From a virus: a DNA stretch of 64,000 nt. The notes under the pieces are model-generated. The model saw only the letters and a list, made by a program, of their open reading frames with translations, made no database searches and was not told where the DNA came from. The position numbers and the translations under genes were made by a program. Positions 27,101 to 37,312 of the stretch are shown piece by piece. The DNA lies in IMG/VR virus record IMGVR_UViG_3300042514_001858, positions 64,001-128,000 of that record. One strand, given 5' to 3'. Within the stretch, counting starts at the first letter, position 1. Each line of letters begins with the position of its first letter.

Positions 27101-28891
27101 TCAATTAGTTATTCTTCTAGTCATTCCCATTTCTTTTTCAAGGAAGACTATTTCACCAGTAACATGTTTGGATGTTTCTGTTCTATGGGAAATCACATAA
27201 ACAGAAAGATCATATTTGTCAGTTCTATGCTTGATCTGTTCGATCAGCTTATCAATTCCCATGGAATCTAGGGTGGAATCAAGGTATTCATCAAAAAATT
27301 CCACATTAGATGACACGCCTGAAATCTTTCTCTTCAAATCCTTGAATGCCCACGCACACGCGAGGTCAACCGTTCTACGTTCGCCACCACTCAAGTTCCA
27401 GTAAGAAATCTCCTTGCCTTTATCATTGGAAAGCTGCTCATCAAAGTATTCATCGAATTTGCAACGAATGGACATACCAAGATCGTTGATATATTGCTGA
27501 ATGCTTGCGTTCATCATGGAAAGAAGTCTCTTCACCACAAAGCTACGAACACCTTCTTCTCCTAGCACGAATTTACAGATTTCATAATCATCTGATTTCT
27601 GTTTGAACATTCGGGAATTGTCGTTTTCAGCGTTTTGTCTCACCAAAGTATTTTGAATACTTTCTTCGAAATTTGGTTTAGGTAATTCTTCCAGCTTCAA
27701 ATTGTCCAGAGACTCTTTGTATTGCTTGAGACTGTTTTCCAGACCTTCTAATTTTTGTTTGGTGACTTTCGCTTCGTTGATCTGATCTTGGAATTCCGCT
27801 ACCTTTTGTTGAACCTTTTCCTTTTTGGAATGAAATTGGGATTTCTCTTCCTTCAATTTGTCAATCTCCTCAACAATACCATCCAATTCGGATTGATATT
27901 GTTCCTTCATCTTCTCCAGATGCTCCACATGGGTATGGGGAATATCTTGGAGGCATTTATCACACTGAATACCATCTTCAACAGAGGAAAATTTATCAAT
28001 TTCTTTCACCTTCAGCTTTCTCAAAGTCTCCTTGGATGAAATCGCATCATTCACATGACCGATCTTTCCATCCAGCTTTCTCCATGCTTCATGATACTTT
28101 TCTTGCTCTTGTTGTATCGTAGAAACATCCATAACGGATGTTTTATCAATCTCTTTTTCAATATCAAAGATTTTCCCTTGAATTTCAATACGTCTCGCCT
28201 CAAGACGACCCTCCATTTCTTCGACTTTCTTTTGGTAATCTTCTTGTTGTCTATTCAGAGTTTCCAAAGTGTTGTCAATTTCTTCCAATTTAGCAGAGGA
28301 AATATTCATATCTGATTTGTTCTCACGAATCAGATTCTTCAATTCGTTGCTCATTTTACCAAAGACTTCCAGAGAGAAAATATCATTGATGAATTTGCGC
28401 TTCTCTTCAGGCTTCTTTGCCATGAATGGGATGTTATCCGAAAGAGATAGAATATCACAACTACGACAAATCACAGGATTGGAACCGATCAAATCACAGA
28501 TGAATTTATCTGTATTGGCAATGGAGTCCTTGGTGATGTCTTCTTCGCCTCTCAGGAGCGTCACAGAGCTTGGTTTGAGTTGTCGCTTGATTGTGTATGT
28601 CTGCGTGTCATTGTCAGTCTCTACGTCGAACGTAAGCTCAATAGCACCCTTTCCTTTGGTGATATTGTTGATGATGAATTCTTTCTTGATGTCACGGATG
28701 GTTTTACCAAACAATGCATAATAGAAAAGTTCTGCAATACAACTTTTCCCGATTCCGTTCACACGATCAGGATTATCCAAATTCTTTCCAGTAATCAGGT
28801 TAAAACCAGATTGGAAATCAATCACAATCTGGTCATTTCCGATACTAAGGAAGTTCTGCCCCTTTAAATTTTTATATAAGATTTTTTTCAT
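27101..28891 (-). CDS. gp46: Rad50/SbcC-like recombination ATPase
   Basis: NFLSIG, NGIGKS, CDKC hook, LSGGE, FFDE, ISH. Confidence 0.95.
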   Translation of the reverse strand: MKKILYKNLKGQNFLSIGNDQIVIDFQSGFNLITGKNLDNPDRVNGIGKSCIAELFYYALFGKTIRDIKKEFIINNITKGKGAIELTFDVETDNDTQTYTIKRQLKPSSVTLLRGEEDITKDSIANTDKFICDLIGSNPVICRSCDILSLSDNIPFMAKKPEEKRKFINDIFSLEVFGKMSNELKNLIRENKSDMNISSAKLEEIDNTLETLNRQQEDYQKKVEEMEGRLEARRIEIQGKIFDIEKEIDKTSVMDVSTIQQEQEKYHEAWRKLDGKIGHVNDAISSKETLRKLKVKEIDKFSSVEDGIQCDKCLQDIPHTHVEHLEKMKEQYQSELDGIVEEIDKLKEEKSQFHSKKEKVQQKVAEFQDQINEAKVTKQKLEGLENSLKQYKESLDNLKLEELPKPNFEESIQNTLVRQNAENDNSRMFKQKSDDYEICKFVLGEEGVRSFVVKRLLSMMNASIQQYINDLGMSIRCKFDEYFDEQLSNDKGKEISYWNLSGGERRTVDLACAWAFKDLKRKISGVSSNVEFFDEYLDSTLDSMGIDKLIEQIKHRTDKYDLSVYVISHRTETSKHVTGEIVFLEKEMGMTRRITN

Positions 28892-29907
28892 TTACACTTT
28901 TCGTATAACTCATCGTTAATTTTCTTCACTCTCATCAATTGCTCATCACCCAGCTTGAGTTGTTCATAGAACTCATCAAACATTCCCACAATATCAACAG
29001 AATCCACTTGTTCAACATCACCAATTGTCTTGGTTGCCACATTGTATTCCGTGGTGAGACGGAAAGGAGCGAAGTTAGACAGGTAGACTTTGAACTTCTC
29101 AACCTTATCATCTTCAATGTCTTTGTCAACTATGAGCTTGATGATGTTTCCTTCGATATCCTCCGCTTTGTAATTCTTGATCTTAGTCAGAGGAATTTTA
29201 ATAAATTCAGGAGATGCCGTGTTCTTTACAAATTCGACAGAATCATCTTCTAGATTCAGAATGTGATAACCCTTGTCGTCCCCACAATCGTTAAAATCGT
29301 GATGGAAAGTGTTACCAATGTATCGAATCGTTCCTTCGTTGTATTTCTTAATACTCTTGGTATGGAAGTGACCAGACCAAACATTGGTGGTTCGGGATGC
29401 TAAGAAATCCATGACTTGGAATCCGTGATCACAAACCTTATAATTGTTCATTTGAAATGTCTGAATTTCAAAGTGTCCGAAAATATGGTCAAATTTACCG
29501 TCTGGCAATTCGTGATTCCAAGGAACAAATAATATTTTTTTACCAAATGCCTCAAATTCCAAGTTCTGATCGATAATAGTAATATTGTCATGACCTTTGA
29601 GGAAACCCAAGCTATGCACATCACTACGATTTTTATAGAAAGCATCATGATTTCCAATTACCATGAACATGTTGAAGCCCTTGAACTTTGCAATCAATTC
29701 TGATGCCACATGGATGGTTTGCACAGAGATTTCTGAACGATTATGGAAAAAGTCACCAAGGAAAAAGATATCAGTGATCTTCTTTTTCTTTAGATCGGTG
29801 ACAATCCAATCTGCCCACTTGAGAGCGATTTCATGCCACTCCGTTGAATTTCCATATAGACCCAAATGAAGGTCGGAAAAAATAGCTACTGTAGGTTTCT
29901 TAATCAT
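28888..29907 (-). CDS. gp47: Mre11/SbcD-like nuclease
   Basis: SDLH, LGDFF, GNHD, GHFE, SGHFH. Confidence 0.95.
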   Translation of the reverse strand: MIKKPTVAIFSDLHLGLYGNSTEWHEIALKWADWIVTDLKKKKITDIFFLGDFFHNRSEISVQTIHVASELIAKFKGFNMFMVIGNHDAFYKNRSDVHSLGFLKGHDNITIIDQNLEFEAFGKKILFVPWNHELPDGKFDHIFGHFEIQTFQMNNYKVCDHGFQVMDFLASRTTNVWSGHFHTKSIKKYNEGTIRYIGNTFHHDFNDCGDDKGYHILNLEDDSVEFVKNTASPEFIKIPLTKIKNYKAEDIEGNIIKLIVDKDIEDDKVEKFKVYLSNFAPFRLTTEYNVATKTIGDVEQVDSVDIVGMFDEFYEQLKLGDEQLMRVKKINDELYEKCK

Positions 29908-30340
29908 TGTCGTCATATTCATCTCCTTCCATAACTGGTTTTACATATACATGTCCCATCGCATCAGGACCAGACATTGAATCCATATATACCATTTCTT
30001 TATATTCATTCAGACCTTCGTGCTGTCCCTTTTCTTTATTAATACGATTGGTAAATGCGTTCCATGCAATACGATTGAAATAAGAAAATGGGTTAAATTC
30101 TGATTCAATGTTATATAATTTTTTCTCCAAAGCATGATACATTTTTACAATTGCATCTCCCACCATTTCCTCTTTCCAACTTCGAGAATATCGAATAAAG
30201 CGGTGATTATATGATAATCCCTCTGCTATTTTAACAATGTTAGATGCCAAATCATTAGTCATATTGTCAGACTGATAATAATCGGTTAATAGCTGTCGGA
30301 ACTCTTTGGAGTTCACATAATACTCACTTTTATTACTCAT
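29900..30340 (-). CDS. gp55: Late-transcription sigma factor
   Basis: YYVN.KEF, IAEGLS, EEMVGDA, NPFSYF..IAWNAF..RI.KEK. Confidence 0.93.
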   Translation of the reverse strand: MSNKSEYYVNSKEFRQLLTDYYQSDNMTNDLASNIVKIAEGLSYNHRFIRYSRSWKEEMVGDAIVKMYHALEKKLYNIESEFNPFSYFNRIAWNAFTNRINKEKGQHEGLNEYKEMVYMDSMSGPDAMGHVYVKPVMEGDEYDDND

Positions 30341-31751
30341 TTATTTCAATTGTTCTTTCTGTCCATTGGATATCTTCTTTATCGTAAATTTCTTGTCTGT
30401 ATTCAGCATGAGAAGATGAATATTTGGTATTATCCACGATGTCAAATATTCTCAATTTATCTTTACTATCATGCAAACGGAGTCCTCTACCAATTGATTG
30501 GACAACACGGATAAAGCTCTTACCCAATCCAACAAACATAATATTTGGAAGATTTTTAATGTTGATACCAGTGGAAAAGATAGATGACATTGCAATACAT
30601 ATGATATTATCATTCTTTTCCATCATGTCAATTATTTTTTGTCTTTCTTGAACATCAACTTCACCTTTGACAAAATATATATGTCTATCCAATCTATTAG
30701 ACAACACAGATAATAAAGAATCGCCATGTTCCAAATGATTGACCATGATAAGAACGTTGCCATTAAGTTTACTAGCCAATTTACAAATAAAATCATTCCG
30801 TTTTTCATTTTTATATAAGTATTCTAATTCTTGTTTATAATTTAATTTATGTGTTTTTGGATGCTTTAATTTTAAAATATTTATATTAACATTTGATAAA
30901 TATTTCTCATCTCTCAATTCTTTGGATTTCTTCTCATAAATCACTGGTCCAAAGACACCAAGCGTTTTCCATTGATTCAATGGCTTATCAGATAATGTCC
31001 CTGTAAAACCAAACTTGTTTGGTGTTTTAATTTTATTAATAATTTTCGACAAATTGGCATCACTATTGACACCGTGACACTCATCGACTATCAATAAATT
31101 CACATCAAGTATCCAAGGATTATCAGTAAATTTGGAACCTAAATTCTGAGTATTACATATGACAACTTGAGTATCTTGCAAAGGATTTTCACCAGTCCAA
31201 CCTGAATATGAAAATGTAACTTGGTAGTCCTCAAAATCTTTTTGTAACTGATTTACAAGAGAAAGACCTGGAACTACGATAAGACATTTGAATGTATCAT
31301 TTGATACGTTTTCCATATAATTTTCTATCAGTAATGCTTGAGCTAAAGATTTACCTGCTCCTGTTGCTAATAGAAAAACACCATAACCTTTCTCTAGTCC
31401 AGCTATGATAGAATCTTTTTGATAATAACGAGCATCATATTTAAGTTCATCTTTGAACTCGAATTTCCCAATGCCACATTTCAATCTATTACGAAATTCA
31501 TCGGTGAATGTGATATCGGTAATTTGGTTATCTCTTAGATGTTTCAGAATCTCCCCATAAAATCCAAAGTCAAACAAACCAGTGGGTGTGATTGCATACT
31601 TACGATCTTTTACAAAACGATGACCTTTCCTCTTAGCAAAAGAAGCACCATCATTCTTAACAGAAAAATGATTACGGATCATACTGAGTGTTTCGGAATC
31701 CGTAATCAATTGCGCCTGTCGCTTAGTTGGTTTATAATCAAATGTTATCAT
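30333..31751 (-). CDS. uvsW: SF2 helicase
   Basis: TGAGKS, DECH, GFTGT, FSTGINI, QSIGRGLR. Confidence 0.93.
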   Translation of the reverse strand: MITFDYKPTKRQAQLITDSETLSMIRNHFSVKNDGASFAKRKGHRFVKDRKYAITPTGLFDFGFYGEILKHLRDNQITDITFTDEFRNRLKCGIGKFEFKDELKYDARYYQKDSIIAGLEKGYGVFLLATGAGKSLAQALLIENYMENVSNDTFKCLIVVPGLSLVNQLQKDFEDYQVTFSYSGWTGENPLQDTQVVICNTQNLGSKFTDNPWILDVNLLIVDECHGVNSDANLSKIINKIKTPNKFGFTGTLSDKPLNQWKTLGVFGPVIYEKKSKELRDEKYLSNVNINILKLKHPKTHKLNYKQELEYLYKNEKRNDFICKLASKLNGNVLIMVNHLEHGDSLLSVLSNRLDRHIYFVKGEVDVQERQKIIDMMEKNDNIICIAMSSIFSTGINIKNLPNIMFVGLGKSFIRVVQSIGRGLRLHDSKDKLRIFDIVDNTKYSSSHAEYRQEIYDKEDIQWTERTIEINE

Positions 31752-32150
31752 TTACATTTCCTGTAGCTTCCGCAGTTCCAAAATGTTTTTAATGTCGTTA
31801 CCAATGAATGTAATCTGACTTACCAATTTTTCCAAATATTCAATCAAATATTCCTGTTCTTTAATTTTTTGATTGATTGCTTCCAATGATGGAGTCTTAT
31901 CCAAATCATCCAATACCTGCTTATTAAGAGCCACAGGAGACTCTTCCATAATTCTTTTCTGGAGAATGTGTTTGGTAGATGCTTTTAATTTGTAGAGCTT
32001 ATCTTTCTCGATCTTCGCATCAATGAGCCGACATACCCAAAAGTGCTTTTCAGAAGGAACTCTGCGTGTGACATCTTCGAGATTGAAGTCTGTGATCTTA
32101 GCAAATTCTTCATATTGTGTTTGATATTTTTTAATCAGTTCGTAACTCAT
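31752..32150 (-). CDS. uvsY: Recombination mediator
   Basis: P..KH.W; YLE...I...IKNILE.RK; adjacent to uvsW. Confidence 0.7.
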   Translation of the reverse strand: MSYELIKKYQTQYEEFAKITDFNLEDVTRRVPSEKHFWVCRLIDAKIEKDKLYKLKASTKHILQKRIMEESPVALNKQVLDDLDKTPSLEAINQKIKEQEYLIEYLEKLVSQITFIGNDIKNILELRKLQEM

Positions 32151-32235
32151 AATTTTTCAATGATATTTCCATAGTGTTTATCAGGAGCATGAAAGCTATT
32201 TATTCACTACTCTCATCATTTAGTTAAATAATAAC

Positions 32236-32472
32236 ATGAACCAACCTTTTGTCAACGATAAAAATGAAATCGCCAACATTTATCAACAAATGTTGAATGA
32301 GGACATGACTGCTGGGGGCGTGTATGGGGGGGATGTTGCTGGTCATGCTGGTATTGAAAACACCGATTGGTTTGCTCCAGGAGATGCTAGGAATCCTTAT
32401 GGGATGGGTGTCACCACCAGAAGAGGTAAATTGAAAAATAAAAAACGCAGGAAGAAAATTAAAAAGAATTAA
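32236..32472 (+). CDS. Small late protein with basic tail
   Basis: TAAATA-N5-ATG; MLNED; WFAPGDAR. Confidence 0.6.
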   Translation: MNQPFVNDKNEIANIYQQMLNEDMTAGGVYGGDVAGHAGIENTDWFAPGDARNPYGMGVTTRRGKLKNKKRRKKIKKN

Positions 32473-33385
32473 TTCTCTTTCTCGCTACTTCACAATATTC
32501 GGAATTTAAATCAAATCCAATATAATTCATACCTAATTGTTTGGCAACTGCTCCTGTTGTTCCTGAACCCATGAAGAAGTCCAATACGATACCATTTTCA
32601 GGGCATCCACTCTTTAACATACGTTCTACCAATTCTTCAGGAAATGTGGCTGTGTGAACGGACTTGTTGGATTTGGTATTAATCTTCCACACTGCTCTCA
32701 TGGAACGTCCTCCTCGCTTACGCATTGCGTCCAGAATCCTTCTCTTCGTATCACTTGGGTTCTGTGCCTTCTGAGACTCATAATCCTTTGTAGCCTCTCC
32801 TGTATACACTTCATCAGGATTGGAAGAATTGGCAAATGGTTCAATTTGTTGTTTGAAATAATACGATTTGCTTTTCACGAACATGAATACTGATTCAAAA
32901 TCAACCACAAAACGATCTGTGACGCTCTGGGGGAGGGCATTTCCTTTATGCCATACGATATTATTTCTCAAAATCCATCCTCTATTCTGCATCTCGATGG
33001 CAAAACGGAAAGGAATTAATGCCAATTGTTTTGGTTTTCTCCATCCTCCCAATTTCTCTTTGGGTTTTTCATTAAATTTGAATGATTCTTTTTGAAGCTC
33101 ATCCTTATTTTTCCAAACACCTTTACCACTTCCAAGATAGGTATCCCCTAAGTTCACAAAAACAACACCATCATCTCGTAGAACACGATAAACTTCATCG
33201 TAGTAATCACACAATCCATTGACAAACTCTTCAGGTGTCTCAGCCAATCCAAATTCATTTTCATCATCTGTGTATTGACGAAGGTTGTAATAGGGAGGTG
33301 ATGTCAGGCTGCAATGGATCGATTTGTCAGGCAATTCCTTCAATCCAGCCATTGCGTCAATGTTTTTGATGTAATTCACGTTCAT
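32459..33385 (-). CDS. Beta-class N4-C/N6-A DNA methyltransferase
   Basis: TSPPYY; H.ATFP; VLDFFMGSGTT; promoter TTGACA-N16-TACTGT. Confidence 0.92.
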   Translation of the reverse strand: MNVNYIKNIDAMAGLKELPDKSIHCSLTSPPYYNLRQYTDDENEFGLAETPEEFVNGLCDYYDEVYRVLRDDGVVFVNLGDTYLGSGKGVWKNKDELQKESFKFNEKPKEKLGGWRKPKQLALIPFRFAIEMQNRGWILRNNIVWHKGNALPQSVTDRFVVDFESVFMFVKSKSYYFKQQIEPFANSSNPDEVYTGEATKDYESQKAQNPSDTKRRILDAMRKRGGRSMRAVWKINTKSNKSVHTATFPEELVERMLKSGCPENGIVLDFFMGSGTTGAVAKQLGMNYIGFDLNSEYCEVARKRINSF

Positions 33386-33419
33386 GTTTGGACAGTAGCA
33401 CAGATTTTTGGGATGTCAA

Positions 33420-33720
33420 ACGGATGTTTTTTAATTTTCTGGCGATTAAATTTAACTAAATTTCTTTATTATATTGTACATCTATTCCCACCCCCCTCCC
33501 ATTAATTATACTCGCTATATTCATTTGTCAATAGTCAATTTATTATTATAATTAATTATCTTATTATTAGATATAGATTAGATATTAACTATGATTAAAG
33601 ATAACTAAAGAAAGAAACAAAAGAAAAAAAATTAATTAAAATCAATCTTCTTATCATTATCTATTGATTAAGATTAATGTACAATAAATATAATAAATCA
33701 GAATCAATTATAATTAAATA
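33420..33720. other. AT-rich non-coding strand-switch region, candidate replication origin
   Basis: Largest intergenic gap; extreme AT; dominant gene polarity changes here. Confidence 0.45.
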
Positions 33721-33723
33721 TAA

Positions 33724-34200
33724 ATGCAAAAATCAGAAAGTCAACCCCAAAGCACATGGAAAAATTTCCCAACCGATACGGAAGGTGTCGTAGGATTTGT
33801 TTATCTCATTCGCAATGATCATCCAGAAGTCGTCAATACCGACAAACCTCAATATTACATTGGGCAGAAGAAGCTACTCAAGAAAGTAAAGCGCAAACCA
33901 TTGAAAGGTAAGACGCGCAATAGAATTTCTTATGTGGACAACGATGTTGAAAAGTATTGGGGATCGTCCAAAGAATTGCTTGCTGACATTGAGAAATACG
34001 GTATTGAGCATTTTTCCAGAGAAGTGATAGAAGTCTGTCAATCAAAATTCCATATGTCATTCGCGGAAATGGATTGGCAGGTTAAATGTAAAGTATTATT
34101 TGATAAGAGATTCATGAACGGCATTATCAATGTCCGCTTAGGAGTCGTTCCCAAAAATTATGTTGACATCGAACGTGATCCTGTTACTCTCGAATTGTGA
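33724..34200 (+). CDS. Seg-like GIY-YIG domain protein
   Basis: GFVYLI...YYIGQKK...YWGSS. Confidence 0.8.
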   Translation: MQKSESQPQSTWKNFPTDTEGVVGFVYLIRNDHPEVVNTDKPQYYIGQKKLLKKVKRKPLKGKTRNRISYVDNDVEKYWGSSKELLADIEKYGIEHFSREVIEVCQSKFHMSFAEMDWQVKCKVLFDKRFMNGIINVRLGVVPKNYVDIERDPVTLEL

Positions 34201-34694
34201 GTAGGATTTCATTTCAAAACAAACAGATCATCGATATTGATGAAGTGTTTAAGGAAACCAATGAACATTTCTATTATTTGTTGGAAAATCTTGGATTGAC
34301 AGCAACTTTCGATTTCTCTAAAAGAAATAACAAAAAGCTATACACCCATCAATTTATCAAGACATTCACAGAATTTCTAAAATATCTCAACGGTGATTTT
34401 GTATTTTTCTCCAACACATTAACAAAGGATAAGTTCCGTAATCAGCTTTTGGCTAAAATCCACCGAATTTTCAAAATTAATATCGTGGGAAAAAATTACA
34501 CATTTGAGCAATTGGAAAGCTATCTTGAATGTAGACACGCTGAAGTAATTTCCGAATTTGAATCGGTTTTTCAAAATAGAAAAACACCTTCATTTCGAAA
34601 AATTTCTAAATATCTGGAAAAAGAAGGTCTGACTTTTCTCAATGAGCAATATTTTCAAGAAGTTCTTAATAAGATGACTATTTTGATTAAATAA
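34197..34694 (+). CDS. Hypothetical protein
   Basis: GTGA coupling to upstream gene. Confidence 0.6.
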   Translation: MSRISFQNKQIIDIDEVFKETNEHFYYLLENLGLTATFDFSKRNNKKLYTHQFIKTFTEFLKYLNGDFVFFSNTLTKDKFRNQLLAKIHRIFKINIVGKNYTFEQLESYLECRHAEVISEFESVFQNRKTPSFRKISKYLEKEGLTFLNEQYFQEVLNKMTILIK

Positions 34695-34698
34695 TGCT

Positions 34699-35163
34699 AT
34701 GAGTAAATTTTTGAAACTTATTGAAGAACATGATCCAGCTACTAAGCGTAGAATGGTTGATTCTTCCAAAGCTAAAAAAAGCAAATTTTTAGAAATTCTG
34801 GAACAATATGATCCAGCTAATGAACAAAAAAGAGAAGATGCTTTCAAAGCTAAAATGCTTTTACATGAAAAGAAAAGACGATTCAAAAAGAAAAAATACG
34901 CTGAAGAGGATGAATCTATCAATGCTACAACAGGTACGTATGAAGTCGATAAAGAAGTCGAAGGATTGGCAGGTAAAGCTTCTGGTGGTTTGAAAGGTCT
35001 TGCAGGTAAATTGTTTGGCACTTCTGCACAAAAAGCAAAATCAGCAGTGAAAGAAAGACAAAATCTTGCCAATCAAGCAGTTGATGCTTATAGAAAAGGT
35101 TCCGTAAGAATTAAAAAAGGATTACAATCAGTAAAACAAACCGCAACTGGAAGAACTTATTAA
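34699..35163 (+). CDS. Late basic protein with duplicated N-terminus
   Basis: TAAATA-N5-ATG; SKFLKLIEEHDPA / SKFLEILEQYDPA. Confidence 0.65.
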   Translation: MSKFLKLIEEHDPATKRRMVDSSKAKKSKFLEILEQYDPANEQKREDAFKAKMLLHEKKRRFKKKKYAEEDESINATTGTYEVDKEVEGLAGKASGGLKGLAGKLFGTSAQKAKSAVKERQNLANQAVDAYRKGSVRIKKGLQSVKQTATGRTY

Positions 35164-35164
35164 T

Positions 35165-35575
35165 ATGAAATCAAAAACATTACAATTAATTGAAAAATAT
35201 GTTCGTCTTCTTGAACAAGACGAACAAGATCCCAATGCTGGTATGGAGCAAGCACCTCCTCAAGAAGGGCAACCAGCACCTGAAGCACCAGCGGAAGAAG
35301 CTAATCCTGTTCCTCTCACTTCCATAGCAGAAATTAATTACATTAAACATGTTGTGATGGCATTGCTATACGCAACAACAACTAATGTATCGGAAGCAGA
35401 TAAATCAAATCTGAAGGAACTTGAAGTTGCTTTACAGGATGATGATGAAGCTCAAGAATTGTTACAACAGACTGGAAAGACTGGTAAAGAATTTTATGAA
35501 GAAGAAATCCTACCAATTATTATGGGAATCCAGAATGAAAAAGAAGAAGCACAGAATTTAAACTCAATTAGCTAA
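35165..35575 (+). CDS. Acidic late protein
   Basis: LIE..LLEQ N-terminus. Confidence 0.6.
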   Translation: MKSKTLQLIEKYVRLLEQDEQDPNAGMEQAPPQEGQPAPEAPAEEANPVPLTSIAEINYIKHVVMALLYATTTNVSEADKSNLKELEVALQDDDEAQELLQQTGKTGKEFYEEEILPIIMGIQNEKEEAQNLNSIS

Positions 35576-35583
35576 ATAATATT

Positions 35584-36045
35584 ATGAAATTCAAAGGTGA
35601 AGAAAATAAAGTGATTTGGGAATCTTTCCGTGGTAAAGTTATGAACGAAAGATTTGATGACGAGATGGATGATGACTTCGGTGATGCCATGGAGTATGAT
35701 GGTTTCGGTGACGACGATGAATTCGGTGGTGATGATGACTTTGGAGATGATGACTTCGGTGACGAAGGTGATTTTGATCAACCTGAAGCACAAGGAATGG
35801 TCATGGAATTTGACCCAATTAGTCCTGTTGAGAAGCACGAAGTTAATGAAGTTCTTCTTTCAGAGTTGAAAAAACTCGCTGAATATGCTGATCGTTTGTA
35901 TGAAATGAGAAACGATTGTGAATTTGAAGATTGGATGGTTTCAGCGATTACTATTTCTTCGACTTATGTTTCCGATGTTTGGCATCGCCTTGATGCTAAA
36001 GCTGATTTTGCAAACACTGGATTTGAACAATCCGATGATTATTAA
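35584..36045 (+). CDS. Acidic late protein with DDDFG repeats
   Basis: TAAATA-N5-ATG. Confidence 0.6.
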   Translation: MKFKGEENKVIWESFRGKVMNERFDDEMDDDFGDAMEYDGFGDDDEFGGDDDFGDDDFGDEGDFDQPEAQGMVMEFDPISPVEKHEVNEVLLSELKKLAEYADRLYEMRNDCEFEDWMVSAITISSTYVSDVWHRLDAKADFANTGFEQSDDY

Positions 36046-36061
36046 TAATTTTGATAAATGA

Positions 36062-36520
36062 ATGACAAATTTCAAACAATTCTTTGTGGAGAAAAATATA
36101 TTCGGTCTAATCGAAGATATTTTCGTTGATGGTATCGGAACTATTTCCTCTAAATTGGATACTGGTAACGGTGCTTACAATGTTTTACATGGAGAAGATA
36201 TTGAATTTGGAGAGGATAAAAAAACAGGCGAGAAGATAGTAAGATTTACAACCATCAATTCCATGAGATTAGAAAAACCTACAGAAGACACAATTATAAT
36301 TAATATCGGAGAAGGAAATACTATTGAAAGACCTGTGTGTCTTTTTGATTGTGTTATAGGAGGTAAAAAATTTAAAAGTATCCCCTTTTCTATTAGTAAT
36401 CGATCTACTAATGACCACAAGGTTTTAATCGGAAAAGATTTTATCAAAAATGAATTGGATGCCCTGATCGATGTAGCATTAAACAATGTAGCAGACAAAA
36501 AATTATCAGTCGATGTATAA
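36062..36520 (+). CDS. Retropepsin-like aspartic protease (RimK-associated type)
   Basis: SKLDTGNG, ERPV, VLIGKDFI. Confidence 0.8.
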   Translation: MTNFKQFFVEKNIFGLIEDIFVDGIGTISSKLDTGNGAYNVLHGEDIEFGEDKKTGEKIVRFTTINSMRLEKPTEDTIIINIGEGNTIERPVCLFDCVIGGKKFKSIPFSISNRSTNDHKVLIGKDFIKNELDALIDVALNNVADKKLSVDV

Positions 36521-37067
36521 GTTATCACAAAGAGAATTATTGGAAGAGGGACTTTGGGACAAGTTTAAGGATTCCAAAGTTGGTAGAGGGCTTCGAAAAG
36601 TTGGTCAATTCGGGGCAGAAATTGCTAAAGTAGTTGCTCCAAATACTAGTTCTCAAGTTGGTTCTATTGTTCAAAAATACAGAGACGCAAAACAAAATAT
36701 TTCACAAGCTGGTAGAAAAATGGAAGATAGGGTTATCGAATTTTTAGATGGTTACAGTCTTATGCCTGATGATTCAGAAGTTAAAATGCTCAAAAGTTTT
36801 CCAAATGGTGATTCGCAGTGGAGAGTCAAAGTTGGAAAAAAAGACGTTGATCCAAATACAGGTGAAAGTAAAGTTGTTCAAAGATATAATTTTCCTATTG
36901 CTATAATCCTCCATGATAAAAAAAGCAATTCGTTTAAATTCCTAACAGAACCAGCACAAAGAAGAACGGGTGCTGTTAATAATACTACGCCTCCACCATC
37001 TACTACGCCTCCACCATCTACTACGCCTCCACCATCTACTACGCCTCCACCAACTACTCGACCATAA
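36513..37067 (+). CDS. Late protein with C-terminal (TTPPPS) repeats
   Basis: LLEEGLWD; 18-bp repeat x4 at ~36982-37058. Confidence 0.65.
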   Translation: MYKLSQRELLEEGLWDKFKDSKVGRGLRKVGQFGAEIAKVVAPNTSSQVGSIVQKYRDAKQNISQAGRKMEDRVIEFLDGYSLMPDDSEVKMLKSFPNGDSQWRVKVGKKDVDPNTGESKVVQRYNFPIAIILHDKKSNSFKFLTEPAQRRTGAVNNTTPPPSTTPPPSTTPPPSTTPPPTTRP

Positions 37068-37103
37068 GGTATTGACATCCACAAATTATTCATAAATATC
37101 ACT

Positions 37104-37283
37104 ATGAACGTAGAAATCGTAGTAAAAGAGGATGAGAATTTTAAAATTGTAGACGGTGTAGAAGAAGCACCGAAAGCTGTTGAGCAACCAATCAAAGTAG
37201 AAACACCACAAAAACCACAACCAACCTTGGAAAATCCAAAAGGTCATTCATGGTTTGATGGCACTTCTTGGGGGACAAAGTGA
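37104..37283 (+). CDS. Small late protein, 59 aa (not in ORF track)
   Basis: MNVEIVVKE...WFDGTSWGTK*; TAAATA-N5-ATG. Confidence 0.6.
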   Translation: MNVEIVVKEDENFKIVDGVEEAPKAVEQPIKVETPQKPQPTLENPKGHSWFDGTSWGTK

Positions 37284-37312
37284 TTGGTATTTATTGCTAA
37301 AATAAATGCGCA

